64,000 nt of DNA from Paramecium tetraurelia (taxonomy: Eukaryota): the NCBI GenBank assembly GCA_000165425.1, contig CT868396.1, positions 332,826 through 396,825 on the forward strand, in the 5' to 3' direction. The notes beneath the pieces are model-generated. The model had not been told where the DNA came from. It ran no database searches and saw only the letters and a program-made list of their open reading frames with translations. Of this stretch, positions 39,335 through 51,700 are shown piece after piece. The translations under genes and the position numbers were made by a program. Each line of letters opens with the position of its first letter. Position 1 is the first letter of the stretch.

Positions 39335-41019
39335 TCATTATTTAACCAACAATGCATTGATTATTTTATTATTATAACAAATTTAAACCAGTCCTTCTCT
39401 TTAAGATATGTGACTTTCCTATATTGTGATTGGTGCATTGCAAATGATGGTTGGAATTTATAATTCAGCAACTTTGTTTAATTTAACTAATAAATTATCA
39501 GGATGGGCTTCATTTAGACTTTAGCAATTAATGGAGTAGTCAATTTCTTTAAAGTATTTGCAACTACATGCTATCAATATGTTGAGTAATATCACATTGG
39601 ATATTATGATAAAACATGGAAATAAGATGTAAGGCATTATTATTTGTTGGGATTCAAACACTGGAAGGACATTTGCATCCCAATCTAAAAATATCTAATG
39701 TGATTACCATCCAAAGTGAGCAATTGAACAAAAGTGTAAAAGGCTTATTGCAGAGATGAGTAATAAGTTTCTCCTTTGAAACCAATAAATGAACTATAGA
39801 ATCTGCTTGTATACACTGCCATCAACAGAATTATAGCCAACAATACTGTTATAATCGGAAACAATATCGGAAATATTGATATTGTGCCTGAAAATATTCC
39901 TCTTACAATAGGAGTAGTTGCTAGTTTACATAGATTGCAAAGACAAGCTAAATCATGAGACAAAAATAATGCTAATGGCCCTGCTATAAAATGGAGAAAC
40001 ATTCGTTCCCACTTTGATCTCTCATACGATATGCGTGGTTTCTTTTATGATAATGATTTAAAGATACATCTAGAAACAATAAAAATATAAAATGAATAGA
40101 ATATAAAATATCATCTAGAGCATCAAACAATTTACCCATAGTATCTACAATCACAAAATTATTATAAATGTTAAATATCACACTTACTATGCTAAATACC
40201 ATGACAATTTATTAATAAAATTAGCCTAACATTAAATTGCAAATATGAGTATTATCAGATAGTTTTTTATTTATCTTCTGCTCTTTGATTTCGTGTTCAT
40301 CCAGAAAATTCACCTGAACCAATTATTGATTCTATTCCAATTAAAGAGTCTCCAATATCAATCCAATCAGAATATTCATATAAAAGTAATTCATCAAAAA
40401 CACATAAGCACATATGATTATAGACGGGATCCCTGTATATCCTACCTGCTATTCTAGAATTCTTCCCCTTGATCCCCAGGACTAGATTATTTCATAACAA
40501 AAATACATCTAAAGTCAATATTTCCAACATTGTTATGCAAGTGTTGCTAAAAGTCCCAAATAATGTAAATGTTTACTCATATGAATGATATAAATAAGTG
40601 AATAAATAGGATGTGAGTAAAATTATGAAAATAATGGTGATTGATAAATTCTTTATTTTTTTAAGCAATTTCACACTTTTCAGAATGGTGGAAAGACTGT
40701 TTTTGAATGAAAAAAAGCATAGAGATAATATAATACTCTATAACTGAGGAATGGTTTATCTAGAAATCAAAGCACAAAAACATATGGTCAAATCAAAACG
40801 ATCTATGTTTGATATTTGTATCTTGGTGTTGTGTCTCCATATTTATATCATCAATAAACTAATGTTCATTAAGTCCACAATAAGTTGTTTATTCTCAAAT
40901 TAAAATACTCCAACAAAATAAACCAAAAATAAAATTTTCTTAATCGTGCTACTTTTTAATTGAAACCTCTTCTATTGATAAGATTTTCTTGTTTCCACTT
41001 TGCTATTTCTTATCTGCAT
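39335..41019 (-). CDS. two-repeat cation channel of the voltage-gated-like superfamily (filters TLDSW and TLDDW)
   Basis: Two S5-P-S6 modules: FGTFSNTCITMLEILTLDSWG..YVFLMNYFYMNILIGLI and YSSLQQAFYTFVQLLTLDDWD..FIIISNVILLNILIA, each preceded by hydrophobic helices; introns 40482-40506 and 39685-39707. Confidence 0.85.
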
Positions 41020-41113
41020 TGACAATTAAAGCATAAACTAATGAAAAAACAATCTATTTTTTATTAATTTAATTAAATGAGAATTTAAGTGCGTTTTGAA
41101 GAAAATCATAATT

Positions 41114-41692
41114 TCAGCATCTATCTATTTAATTCGGAATTACTGTAATTCTAGTTGATTCATTGATGAATATACACATTTTAATAAAACTCAAATAATT
41201 TTAGTTACCATATAAAAATAATAATCACTCTGTTTTTTTCTTTAAACAATTATCTGCAACATAGTAATAAATCAAATTTATCAAAAACAACCCTAAAACA
41301 AAACCTATTGGCCAATAAATAAATTGTAAATAGTATTAGTAATCAAATTCCCATTCAGGTGGTCTATACATATCATCAGGAATTTGATTTTCGGTGTATT
41401 TATTGTGAATCTCTAAAAATTAGATCTCAAAATAATTTATAAACGATTTTATTTGATGCGCATTAACTATCTCCTCCTGTTTTTCTTAAAGCAATTAAAT
41501 GTACGCATTAATAAGTCTTTACTTTTCCATAGCCACATCATAATTAGGAAATTATCGATAATAAATTTACATCTCCTTCATCTATATAATAACTGCCTCT
41601 CTATTAGGCTCCCATATTATTCCCAATCCACTCTTTATTAAGTTACTGAATCCAAATGATAGAATGCATCCAACGAGCAAAAACAATCTCAT
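41114..41692 (-). CDS. small hypothetical protein with signal peptide and one TM helix
   Basis: MRLFLLVGCILSFGFS signal; FIYWPIGFVLGLFLINLIYYYV after a presumed 32-nt intron; 3' end uncertain. Confidence 0.45.
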
Positions 41693-42164
41693 AAAATAAT
41701 TATTTTATTATTAAAATCAAGTATATAATTTATTGCATGAAAACCATTACATTAATTATGATTTGCATTCGATTTTTATATTAATATATAATATGATCTT
41801 AATAAATTTCCTATGAAATTTAATTTGAATTTTAACCTGGAAAACTTTCATAATTTTGAGTTAGAACACATCATATACTAATTTAGAGATATATTCAAGA
41901 TTATAACCTTCTTCTTTTCAGTCAATTTTGATTGACTAAAAGAATTAAAAACGATCAAATTTACTTAGTCTTTGGATTTTCTTAGGTTAATTTTAATTGA
42001 TTTTAATATGTTCTGAATATAAAAAGTTTATTATAAGCAGATTTATTGTGAAATATTAATATTTTAATATTGAAATAAATTTAGAATCGATATTACTAGA
42101 TGTTATTTATAATTTTAAATTTATGATAGTCTATTATATTTCTACACTTGATCAGATGGATTTT

Positions 42165-42653
42165 TCATTCAAAAACAAATAATGCAAAAAATACTCGGAT
42201 GAGGCAAATTAATGGTATAACTATAAGTAAAATTAATCTAAGGTTCCACTGCTTTTATTGTTATTTCTTTTCATTTTGTGTGAAACAATTCGATTTTTTT
42301 TAAGTTCTGAATTAGTTTGCAATATATTGGATTGAATTATACTGTTGTTGATAACTTGGAATGGTGGAATTCATAAAGTTTTTACGCTGAGGAGTGGATT
42401 CAAAGAATTTTTATTTAGCGTCATTGACAGCATCTTTGAGGACATGATAATTAGATTTGTGTAGAGAAGCTTTCATATTGTCATTGCTTTCCTCCTATTG
42501 AGAATATTTATTTATAGATTCATATTCTTTCTATCTTTTCAGGAATTCCGCGGTAATTTCTGAAGTTGGAGCTGAAACCTTTTTTGAAATCAAGCCTTTT
42601 GAATGGGCACTAGTAAAAGAGCTTCGCATTTATTTTCTTTTGAGAGAAATCAT
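42165..42653 (-). CDS. hypothetical tail-anchored protein (162 aa)
   Basis: Open frame ending LILLIVIPLICLIRVFFALFVFE-stop. Confidence 0.6.
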
Positions 42654-42811
42654 TATTTTAATTAATTTGTTATTTTTTCTGCAAATATTAAAATCACCAA
42701 TAAATCATAATTTGAATTATTCATTTAAAATAGTTTTAATAAAATAACAGGTCAAAAGCTAACAAAAACTTAAAATATATGATTAAATTAGAGAAAAATA
42801 TATGTATAAAT

Positions 42812-44577
42812 TCATTTCATGTGGACCAATAACATATTATTGTGATTAACATAAGGAATTTGATGATAATCTTGAAAATCTAATTGTGATTTTTCTAATG
42901 AAGGTTAAAGCATTTGGATTGATTTTTATTTCAATTCCGAACGAAATATTGAGGATTTCTTGCCTTTCATATCTTATGAATACTATCTTTAAAAAACCAT
43001 CGAAATGGGTTATTACTAGTTTTAGGTGCAACGATGTAGATCGATCCTTTTGGTCCAGATTGGAGATAATTCTAAAAAATCAGTACCTTGTTGTTATTCA
43101 ATTTTATCATCAACCTCATCTTCAAACAACTTAAAACCATTATTTATTGTAGAAAATTTCATATCGACATTTTAAAAACTTAAGGATGGTCCTGATCTTT
43201 TTATATCTGAACTACAATAAATAACTTTTTAGATTACTAGGTGTCTTAAATGATCATGGTTAAATTTGAATTAGATTGTTCATACAGTTATTCATTGAAG
43301 AAGTCATGTCGCAATATTTCACCAGCACTTGGCCTTTGTTTTGGACTTTATTTCAGCATTAAAGTGATTAGATCTTTGCAGCTTTATGGGACTTTAATCG
43401 AATCATCAAATTTGAACTCAACATTTAGATTCTTTTGTAAGACTATAGTTTTATCAATATCTTTAAATGGATGAATATTATAAATCCTACATTAAATATA
43501 TTAATGCTATGTCTTTACAATTAATACAAAATCACTCCTAAACTGAAAATATCACATTTCTCTGTGTACATTTTAGTTCCTTCTTTGTATCTGAGAATTT
43601 CAGGGGCAACATATCCAGTTGTTCCACAACGATAGTAGATATGTTATTTGTCTTTGATCCATGTGGCAAGGCCAAAATCAGCCAGCACTATCTCAATGCT
43701 ATTAGTTTTGCACAGAATATTCTAAGGCTTCAAATCTCTATGCATTATTCCTTTTTGATGCATATAATCCACACATGTCGCCAATTATTTAAAAATCATC
43801 CTAGCATCTCTAAGATTGTAACGATGACTCTTTAACAATTCCCCTCCTTCCACTAATTCTAATACCATATTAATATGCTCTAATAAAGAGAATATAATTA
43901 CTGTTTGTTTCGAACACTTTATACAATTTTATTATATTTGGATGAGACAGCTCATTCATGATTTAAATTTCTTCCATTAAAAATTGTGGATTGAGCTTTG
44001 AATTTTTCCTAATTCTCTTAATTGCATAGCATTGACCATTTGCTTAAGATTTTGATATATAAACCTAAAATTTTCAGTGAAAATTTAAACCTAAGCAGTA
44101 GAGCCAAACCCAATTTAATTGATAATAGTGTATTATGAGTGGAAGCCAATTAATATGCAATACTACTCTAATTGATTCTTAATTTAGTTGAAATTTTGTT
44201 CCGAATTAGAATATAAAATGACTTGCGACTAGTTATGAATTAATTGTATTTGGTATGGGTAAGTACTCGAATCAACGGCTGTTCGCATGTAGACATTTTC
44301 CAATTTTCGGAAACCTTTCAAGTCCTGAAAAAATAATAGATTCTCTCATCTTTACATTATATCCATAAAAAAGATATGCTCCCTATATTGTATAATATCT
44401 TTGGATGAACTGATTCAGAAATTTTCCTTTTTTGTACAAACAGATACAATGTTCGTTATTGAGATTAAAATCCCTTTCATTTTGTAACAATTTTCTAAAA
44501 TCTTTATCCCAAAATGAAGTGGATTTGTTAGTTTTGTCTATAAAGAAATGATTCGTAATAGTGAATGGCTAATTCAT
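42812..44577 (-). CDS. CAMK-group Ser/Thr protein kinase with PH-like N-terminal region
   Basis: IGFGSTAQV, YAIK, IMHRDLKPQNIL, ADFGLA, CGTTGYVAPE, DIFSLGV. Confidence 0.9.
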
Positions 44578-44679
44578 TGATTCAACCTTTAATCTAATAA
44601 TATATAATTTTAAATTCCACAATTCATAAGATAGAAATAAATATATATATTTATTAAAAGCAATATTAAATTTTACAAT

Positions 44680-45123
44680 TCATTTTTTATTCTTTTTTTT
44701 TTTTTGATCCTTTTCATTGAATTCTAATGCTTAAATTTCAACCACTCCATTCCCAATTTTAGTTTGTTCCAATTTACAATCTCTTAATGACAACCTCCAT
44801 CTAGTTATATCCTTGAGTCCCAAATTCTTCTCTTGATGAATGTTGTAGCTTGTACATTCAGCATCGAAAAGATTATTCCTTGAAGATTTGTTCTACTTTT
44901 GGTTTTGCTTTAACTTATCCAAATTGGCTTCCCAAACCTCCTACACAATTTATCCAATATTTTTCTCTTTCTCATATTATTGTCTCTTGATTTCCTACTC
45001 ATCATTGCAATCATCCTCTTAGCTCTTTTACTTGCAAAACTCCTACCACGCCTCCTCCAAAGCCTGTGCCAATTAAGTATGAGCCAATATCCAAGTTGAT
45101 ATTTCCTATTTCTTTTAACTCAT
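44680..45123 (-). CDS. probable divergent TFIIA gamma (small) subunit, 147 aa, intronless
   Basis: HTQLAQALEEAWQEF..FDAECTSYN..WRLSLRDCKL..VVEIQAL parallels TFIIA-gamma NTTLGNSLQESLDEL..FRGSLNTYR..WTFVLNDVEF..KVKIVAC. Confidence 0.55.
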
Positions 45124-45353
45124 TTCAATTACTATTTTATATATTAATAATATATAATATTTAAAATGCATTTCTAATCTAAAATTTTAATATTTTTGAG
45201 CACTAAAATTCATCGTATTTTTAAAACCTCTAACTCTATCCGATCAATTAAAACTGGCTTTGAAATTTAATTACCTTAAATAATTAATAGAATTCGCCGC
45301 TTTTATATACACTTTAATCATTCTCTAAATATCATTAAATTTTAAAATAAAGA

Positions 45354-47514
45354 ATGAACCCAAAGTCACATGAGGTAATATATGATACGTTATCATTATT
45401 GAATCCAATAACCAAGCTAAAATATATAAATCCTGTATAATTATTTTATATAATAGACTTTAACTAAAGATTGTTTACATAAAAATGCTTGCTTCGAAAG
45501 GGATGAGGCTGTAAAGGGAATTGAAAATAACATATATTATTGTCCACATTGTAGTAAACCGGCAACGAGTTTGAATGATTTAGTTGCAGATTGGAGAGTT
45601 AATGCTTATAAAGAATTTAATGAATATGCTGAGGATGTAACAGTAATTTCAGGGGTTGTGGTTAATAAATACACAAGAAATAAAAAGAGATATTTGGAGT
45701 TTTTCACCTAGACTGAATACATGAATCAATTTAAATAAATGTTTGAAAGAGCTTCGAAGGATTCTTCAATATCATCATTAATATAAAAAGAATTAGAATC
45801 AAAATAATAGAATTTAAACAATTAATAAAAAATTAATTTTTGGAGCTTTTGTTTGTAAGACAGGGTGAAAATAAATATCCCTGTGAGAATAATTGGATGC
45901 AAACATTATGAATGTTATGAAATAACTAGTTTACTCTCCTATTAGGATTAGAATAAATTAAAAAAAGAATTTTTAGAATGCAATCAACCAGGATGCTCTA
46001 ATCGGTTGAAAATTGCTCACAGAGACTATACTAAATAATCTAATACTCCAAAATCTCCCGAATTGGATGAATAAGAGAAAATATTTGACGTCTAAACATT
46101 ATTTTCTGGCATTTGCGTAGATAAGGATTTATTAACTGCAATCAAAAAGAGTAATCCCAGCTCTTATAAATTTTATTATAATTATATAGACAAAATAATT
46201 TAAGAAGATATAAGGATAGTAAATGGCAAGCAAGCTGATCCATTCATTGAAAAAATCTATCAACAACATCCTGATTTACAAAGTAAAGTGTCATTCGAAG
46301 ATTTCCAAAAATAAATATAATAACAGGCAATAGCAATAACTCAAGGAGATCTTTTGTAAGAGACTAAGGAATTAAACAAATAAGTAGCTTTGTATAAATA
46401 CAGAAATTATACAGTAAATATGAAAGACAAATTGACATAACTTACAATTGAATATCCAATAAGATGTAGGCTCTGTAAAGACCTTAAGGTTTGTATGGAT
46501 ATGAGAAGTTTTATAGCATAAGTTAATTATAAAAAAAAAATGTTTCCAAAATAAGGTTATACTTGTCCATTATGTAATTCATAATTAAATTAAAATATAA
46601 CTAGCATGAATATATCAAAGTAAATATATTTAGATTCAAACATGCTTTCATACATGTTTAAGGACATGTCTTACACTAATGGAACATAGAATTTTGAATA
46701 TAAAGGAGAATAATATATGCTTTAAGAATTTCTGGATAGATAAAAGATCAAAAGAGAAAATTATATTGCAAAATTAACAGACAGAAAGGTTTTATTTAAG
46801 CAACTCTTTTGCATAGTTAATAAAGATAAGAGAATTCAAAAGCCTCTAATCCTATAGAACTGCCCTGTTAAAAATATTGTTGATTTTACATCATTTTATG
46901 AAGAATTAAAGAAAATAGATTTTGATTATGAAAAGGAAGATTTAATATTATGTAAATGTAGCGTTTGCAGTTTTATTCCGATTAAGACCTTTGTAGGAAA
47001 CATCTATTTTCATGAAGCCTTTTATGAAGCTCTCAACAAACTTTCTAAAATTGAGGATTTAAAAAATTGTACAGAATTCTCCTATTAGTTTGAGGATACT
47101 GAATTAGAGAGTAAAGTTCTCAATAATCGAGCTGCTACAACCAATTCTAAAATTAAAGTTGTATTACCCCCAACTGGAGTAAGAGATGCTTCCAATTTAC
47201 AAAATGTGACCGGAGAAGAAGGATTTTTAGATTTAATGGATGATGAGGAATATTAGTCGATTTTTCGTAAAACTGAGATTTAAGGTTTCGAATTTCGGAC
47301 GTAAGGCTTGAAATAGAATATAGGTGGAATAGAGATCGACTACTAATAGCAAGGTATTAAGGCAAATGTTAAAGAGGCAGTTGAAAAAATTAATCAGAAT
47401 GCTAATCAAGATTTAAAAAGATTTTAATTTAATGTTGTAGGTATGTCAGTTGAATTAAAAGGTGACATACTCAGATAAAACAAAGGAGAGTTCTCATATA
47501 ATATAAAATAATGA
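45354..47514 (+). CDS. protein with four tandem SP-RING (MIZ zinc finger)-like domains, putative SUMO E3 ligase; intron 45435-45456
   Basis: LSLLNPIT..P..KDCLH..CF..CPHC; FCLQDRVKINIPVRIIGCKHYECYE..CNQPGC; MKDKLT..YPIRCRLCKDLKVCMD..CPLC; LFCIVN..KPLILQNC..VDF..CSVC. Confidence 0.8.
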
Positions 47515-47892
47515 ACATTTATAATTACCATCAAAGATATTTATATATTTATGTGATCTAAATTATATTTAAATCGTTTAGTCAAATAGTCTGTCTCATA
47601 ATTGCGCCGTTCTATAAAAATAATTGAAATATTTTCTTATTAATTATGTATACAAGTATCTCACAATTCTAAGTTATATATATTTTTTTTAAGATCTTAA
47701 ATAAGGAAAATATTCTAGTAATAAAATATCATAAAGGATGAGAAGGAATTCATCAGCAGAAACTATAATATATTTTTAAATTTATAGTTTTTCATTTTCA
47801 TTTTCATTTCATTATATTAATCAATTAGAGAATAGTTTATTGATAGTAACATTTTCAAAACCAAAATATTTAATTACTTTAAGAAATTAATT

Positions 47893-47900
47893 AAAAAAAA
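47893..47900 (-). terminator. RNA polymerase III oligo(T) terminator of tRNA-Val
   Basis: Run of 8 T on the minus strand immediately 3' of the tRNA. Confidence 0.8.
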
Positions 47901-47973
47901 TGATCACGGCCAGTCTCGAACTGGCGGCCTCGTCCTTGTTAGGGACGCGTGATAACCCCTACACCACGCGATC
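47901..47973 (-). tRNA. tRNA-Val (anticodon AAC)
   Basis: GATCGCG/CGTGATC acceptor stem, CGTCC-CT-AAC-AA-GGACG anticodon arm, GCCAG-TTCGAGA-CTGGC T arm, discriminator A. Confidence 0.96.
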
Positions 47974-48020
47974 AATTATAACTATAAGGTGAGATTTCAA
48001 TAGATTAACAATCATAATAA

Positions 48021-48647
48021 TCAACAGCATTCTTATCCTTTCTTTTTATTTCTTGTATTTGAAGTCAAATTGATCTTATAACTATTATCTTCAGTAAGAT
48101 TGGGTAGAGTGATCTTTTAATTGTTTTATGATTCTGCCAAATCAGCCAATCTCTGAAATGCTTCATATACATTTTTACCAATTTTGGCAGAAGTCTCAAA
48201 ATATTCAATTCCAAGTTGATTAGCTAAGTCCTCTCCTTATTGTTTAGAAATCACCCTCTATTCTTCCAGATCGCACTTATTAGCAATTAAAACAATTGCA
48301 AGATCAGTTTTTCCATTTTATTTCAAAGAATTCATCCAAAAAGTGATTTCCTTAAAAGATTGAATATCATCAACTGCATAAACCAACAAGACTCCATGTG
48401 CATATTTATAATAATTTTATGTCAGAGTCCTGAACTTCTCTTATCCTGCAGTATCCCAAATTTGCATCTTCATGATTTTGCCATTGACTTTCATTTCCTT
48501 GAATTTGAAATCCACTCCAACCGTAGCGATATGACTTTCGCTATAAACGTCGTCGATAAAACGAGTAAGAAGATTAGTCTTTCCAACTTAAGCTGACCCA
48601 ATAATTAGGAATTTACACATAAGATCATATTAAGGTTTTTTAGACAT
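48021..48647 (-). CDS. Rab GTPase (divergent Rab1/Rab8-like), intronless
   Basis: GSAQVGKT, TVGVDF, WDTAGQE, ANKCD, ETSAK and C-terminal CC prenylation motif. Confidence 0.93.
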
Positions 48648-48779
48648 AGTAATTATTTTATAATAAAAATTAATAGATTATTGAATGTATTTTTTAAAAA
48701 CTCTTAGTTTTAATTATATTAAAGCTTTTTATTAAAATTCGATCTCTGTGTTGTACCAAATAATATAATTTTTGAATTT

Positions 48780-51700
48780 ATGAAAATCAAATAAGATAAG
48801 CTAAAGGTTTCGATTCCCCTAAAAGAGCAATTCATCAATTCCATCCTTCAACTCTATTATTATGCTCCTATGAACAAATCAGTCTTATTTGCCTTCTATA
48901 TTTTAGGACTGCTTTAGCCTTTGCTATTCCAAAACTTCCCTCTGAATTCATTTACTCAAATGGACGGTTAAATAATTACACCCATTAATTAGTTTTGGTA
49001 CATCGAAGTTGTGGCTCGCCCTGACTTTATCATTTAGGGCTACATCACCAAATATTGCTATTTGATCTCCATGATCTTTAGCATACTGTTTATTTTTATC
49101 CCTTTATTATTGAATATCTCCAACAAATAGAGCTCAAATAATAAACGAATGATTAATAGGCTATCCCTTTATATGCATTTAAGTTCAAACCTTTTTCAGC
49201 TGCAACCAATTTTCTTATAAATACCATTATAATGTCTCTGCTTTCAATCTTTAAGTTACAACCTAAGCACCAATGGCATTATTGAACTTAGTTACTTACA
49301 CATAACTTTAATAACTATGACTCTGCTGTTTTTATACACTATCAATTTCTTGATCATTCTCCTATGCAAGGAAACAATCGATTTTAATTTAAATTGCTTT
49401 TCTACCCTTAAATTAAGCTTTGGTGATTTCATCATTTGGATACTCAACATATTCCAAATAATCATCTACTATAATTTGACAAAATTCAATGAGGTTTTGT
49501 AGGGGATAATCCTCTTTGCTATTGCCTTAATAATGTTATATAATATTTTTAGTTTTTTGACATGTTTGAAAAAAGTTATTTTAACAACTTTGATGGTAAT
49601 TTCATATTAATCAATCCAATCATTATTGATTTTACTCAATTTTTAATCAGACATAAACACCAACATCAACATCATAATTTACATCTTAGTTCCTTTGCTA
49701 ACCTAAATCCTCTACGATTTATTTGTATACAAGGATTAGAGGATGATGCAGAAAACTCAAAAATTTTCAATTTCAAATTGCAAATACATACTTGGCAAGT
49801 TCTTTAATGATGAATTCATATCGTTCTCTTAATCTATATTAACTTATAGCAAAATCATCAGCGAATATCAACATAAGAAATAATATATTGAACCACAATT
49901 GTCACTACCATTAACTTACATCAATAAAGAATACCTGCCTAAATATTTATCGAATTTCTACTATAAAAGTCTAATGAAAAAGTATATAAGAGAACTCTAG
50001 AGAGTAGATTCCAAAAATAGAAATGCCAATCATTATGTGCACTACGTTTCTCTTCTCTATAGAATTGGATTAAATAACTTAGCTCTCAAGTAGATCAACA
50101 TCCTATTATTCAATATCACTATGCGCACCAATAGTAGAAGTTAGGTTAAAGAAAAGATTAGCGAATAAGTTAAATCTTATAATACTATCAATTTAGGAAG
50201 ACAGTCCATGAGTAAATCATCCAAATCTTAAGATGTACAGGAAGCAGGTTAATTGCAAATTAATAAACTCAACAAAATGCTCGCCTTTACTGGAACTCAT
50301 CTATTAAATTTCTATCAAAAGGTGAGACTGATGATACTGAGAGAAAAAGTCAGGGACAAATTAAAACTATCTTTTCAATACAAGGAGATGATTGGCGATA
50401 CCTATAGCTTACAAATGGCCATAGATATTTTCTTAAAAAGTGAAAAGAGGAATTAAAACTTAAAAGAGTAAGTGCAAATGCTGGTTAATGCCAAATTGGG
50501 GTTCTTTCTTTAATTACAATAAGTAAAGCATATCAGATCAACCTAACTTTTTTAAGTGTCTAAATCATTAAGTAAGAAAATAGAAACTCTAGAAAACAAA
50601 CTCATCAAATTATACAAATATTTTCCAAGTCAAAGGATTCAGTCATTGCATACATACTTTTAAGGAGAACTCTTAGAAAATTATCTATATGCTCATAAAA
50701 TAACATGTAATTCCTCTATTTCTGATGAGAAATTGATAAATGTACACAGCAACGCATAGGAGAAACATGCATTATTTAACAAAGATCTAATATATATGAA
50801 TGTTAAATTATTTGAAGACACTCAAGAACTTCAGATATAGAATATTACTCCGTAGATCTGCAAATTCTTCTTAAAAGACTATGATGATTTAAAGAATAAC
50901 AGTAACATTGACTATTTATTACCAGATGGAATTATCAATGAACACTAATTATTGGTGTAAAGATTCCTTCAAACTTCGTAGTCTCGGTATTATTTGAACA
51001 AGAATCTGAGTTTTTTTAAACTTCACAAAATAATCATCCAACCTTTTGAATTCTTTTTTGAGGTTAATTTTAGTGATATTACACAAATCTAATTCTTGGT
51101 TTTTTTAAGTGAAAGTTTCCAAACATCAGCCTATATATTTGTTGATGTAAATTAACAAGTAGGTGGAATTACTTAAAACCTATTGGATAAATTAGGATAT
51201 TCCAATTATTACATTGAAAACATCAGATATAAATTGTTATTGAATACACCCATAGAATATTTGATTCCATGTTTCTAATAACTTATCACATAAAAAGATA
51301 TATTAAATCTCGCAGATTTTAAATTTATAAAGCAACCGCTTTTGATAAATCCATTGATAGATGATAAGTCAAGAAATAATAAATAGGATTTCTCTGAATG
51401 GCAACTAGAAGAGAATTTGATGTATTGTGATTGTCTAATGTCAATTCATATTCGAGATCTTTACGGATACCAATATTATATAGTAGAGATAAAAGAGTTA
51501 AAGGTTAATGATTCCTACTTTGACAACGAAATTGAGAATAATTCATTAGATTAAGCATTTACTCCTGTTTCTGAGCAGGAAGGATTGGCTAACCCTCCAG
51601 GGATTCTATAGATAGAGAGAGAGAAGTTTGAACCTTTTAGAAGGAATGATCATTAAATTGAGACTAAATAAATTAAAGATAAGAGCTAGCAGTTTTATCA

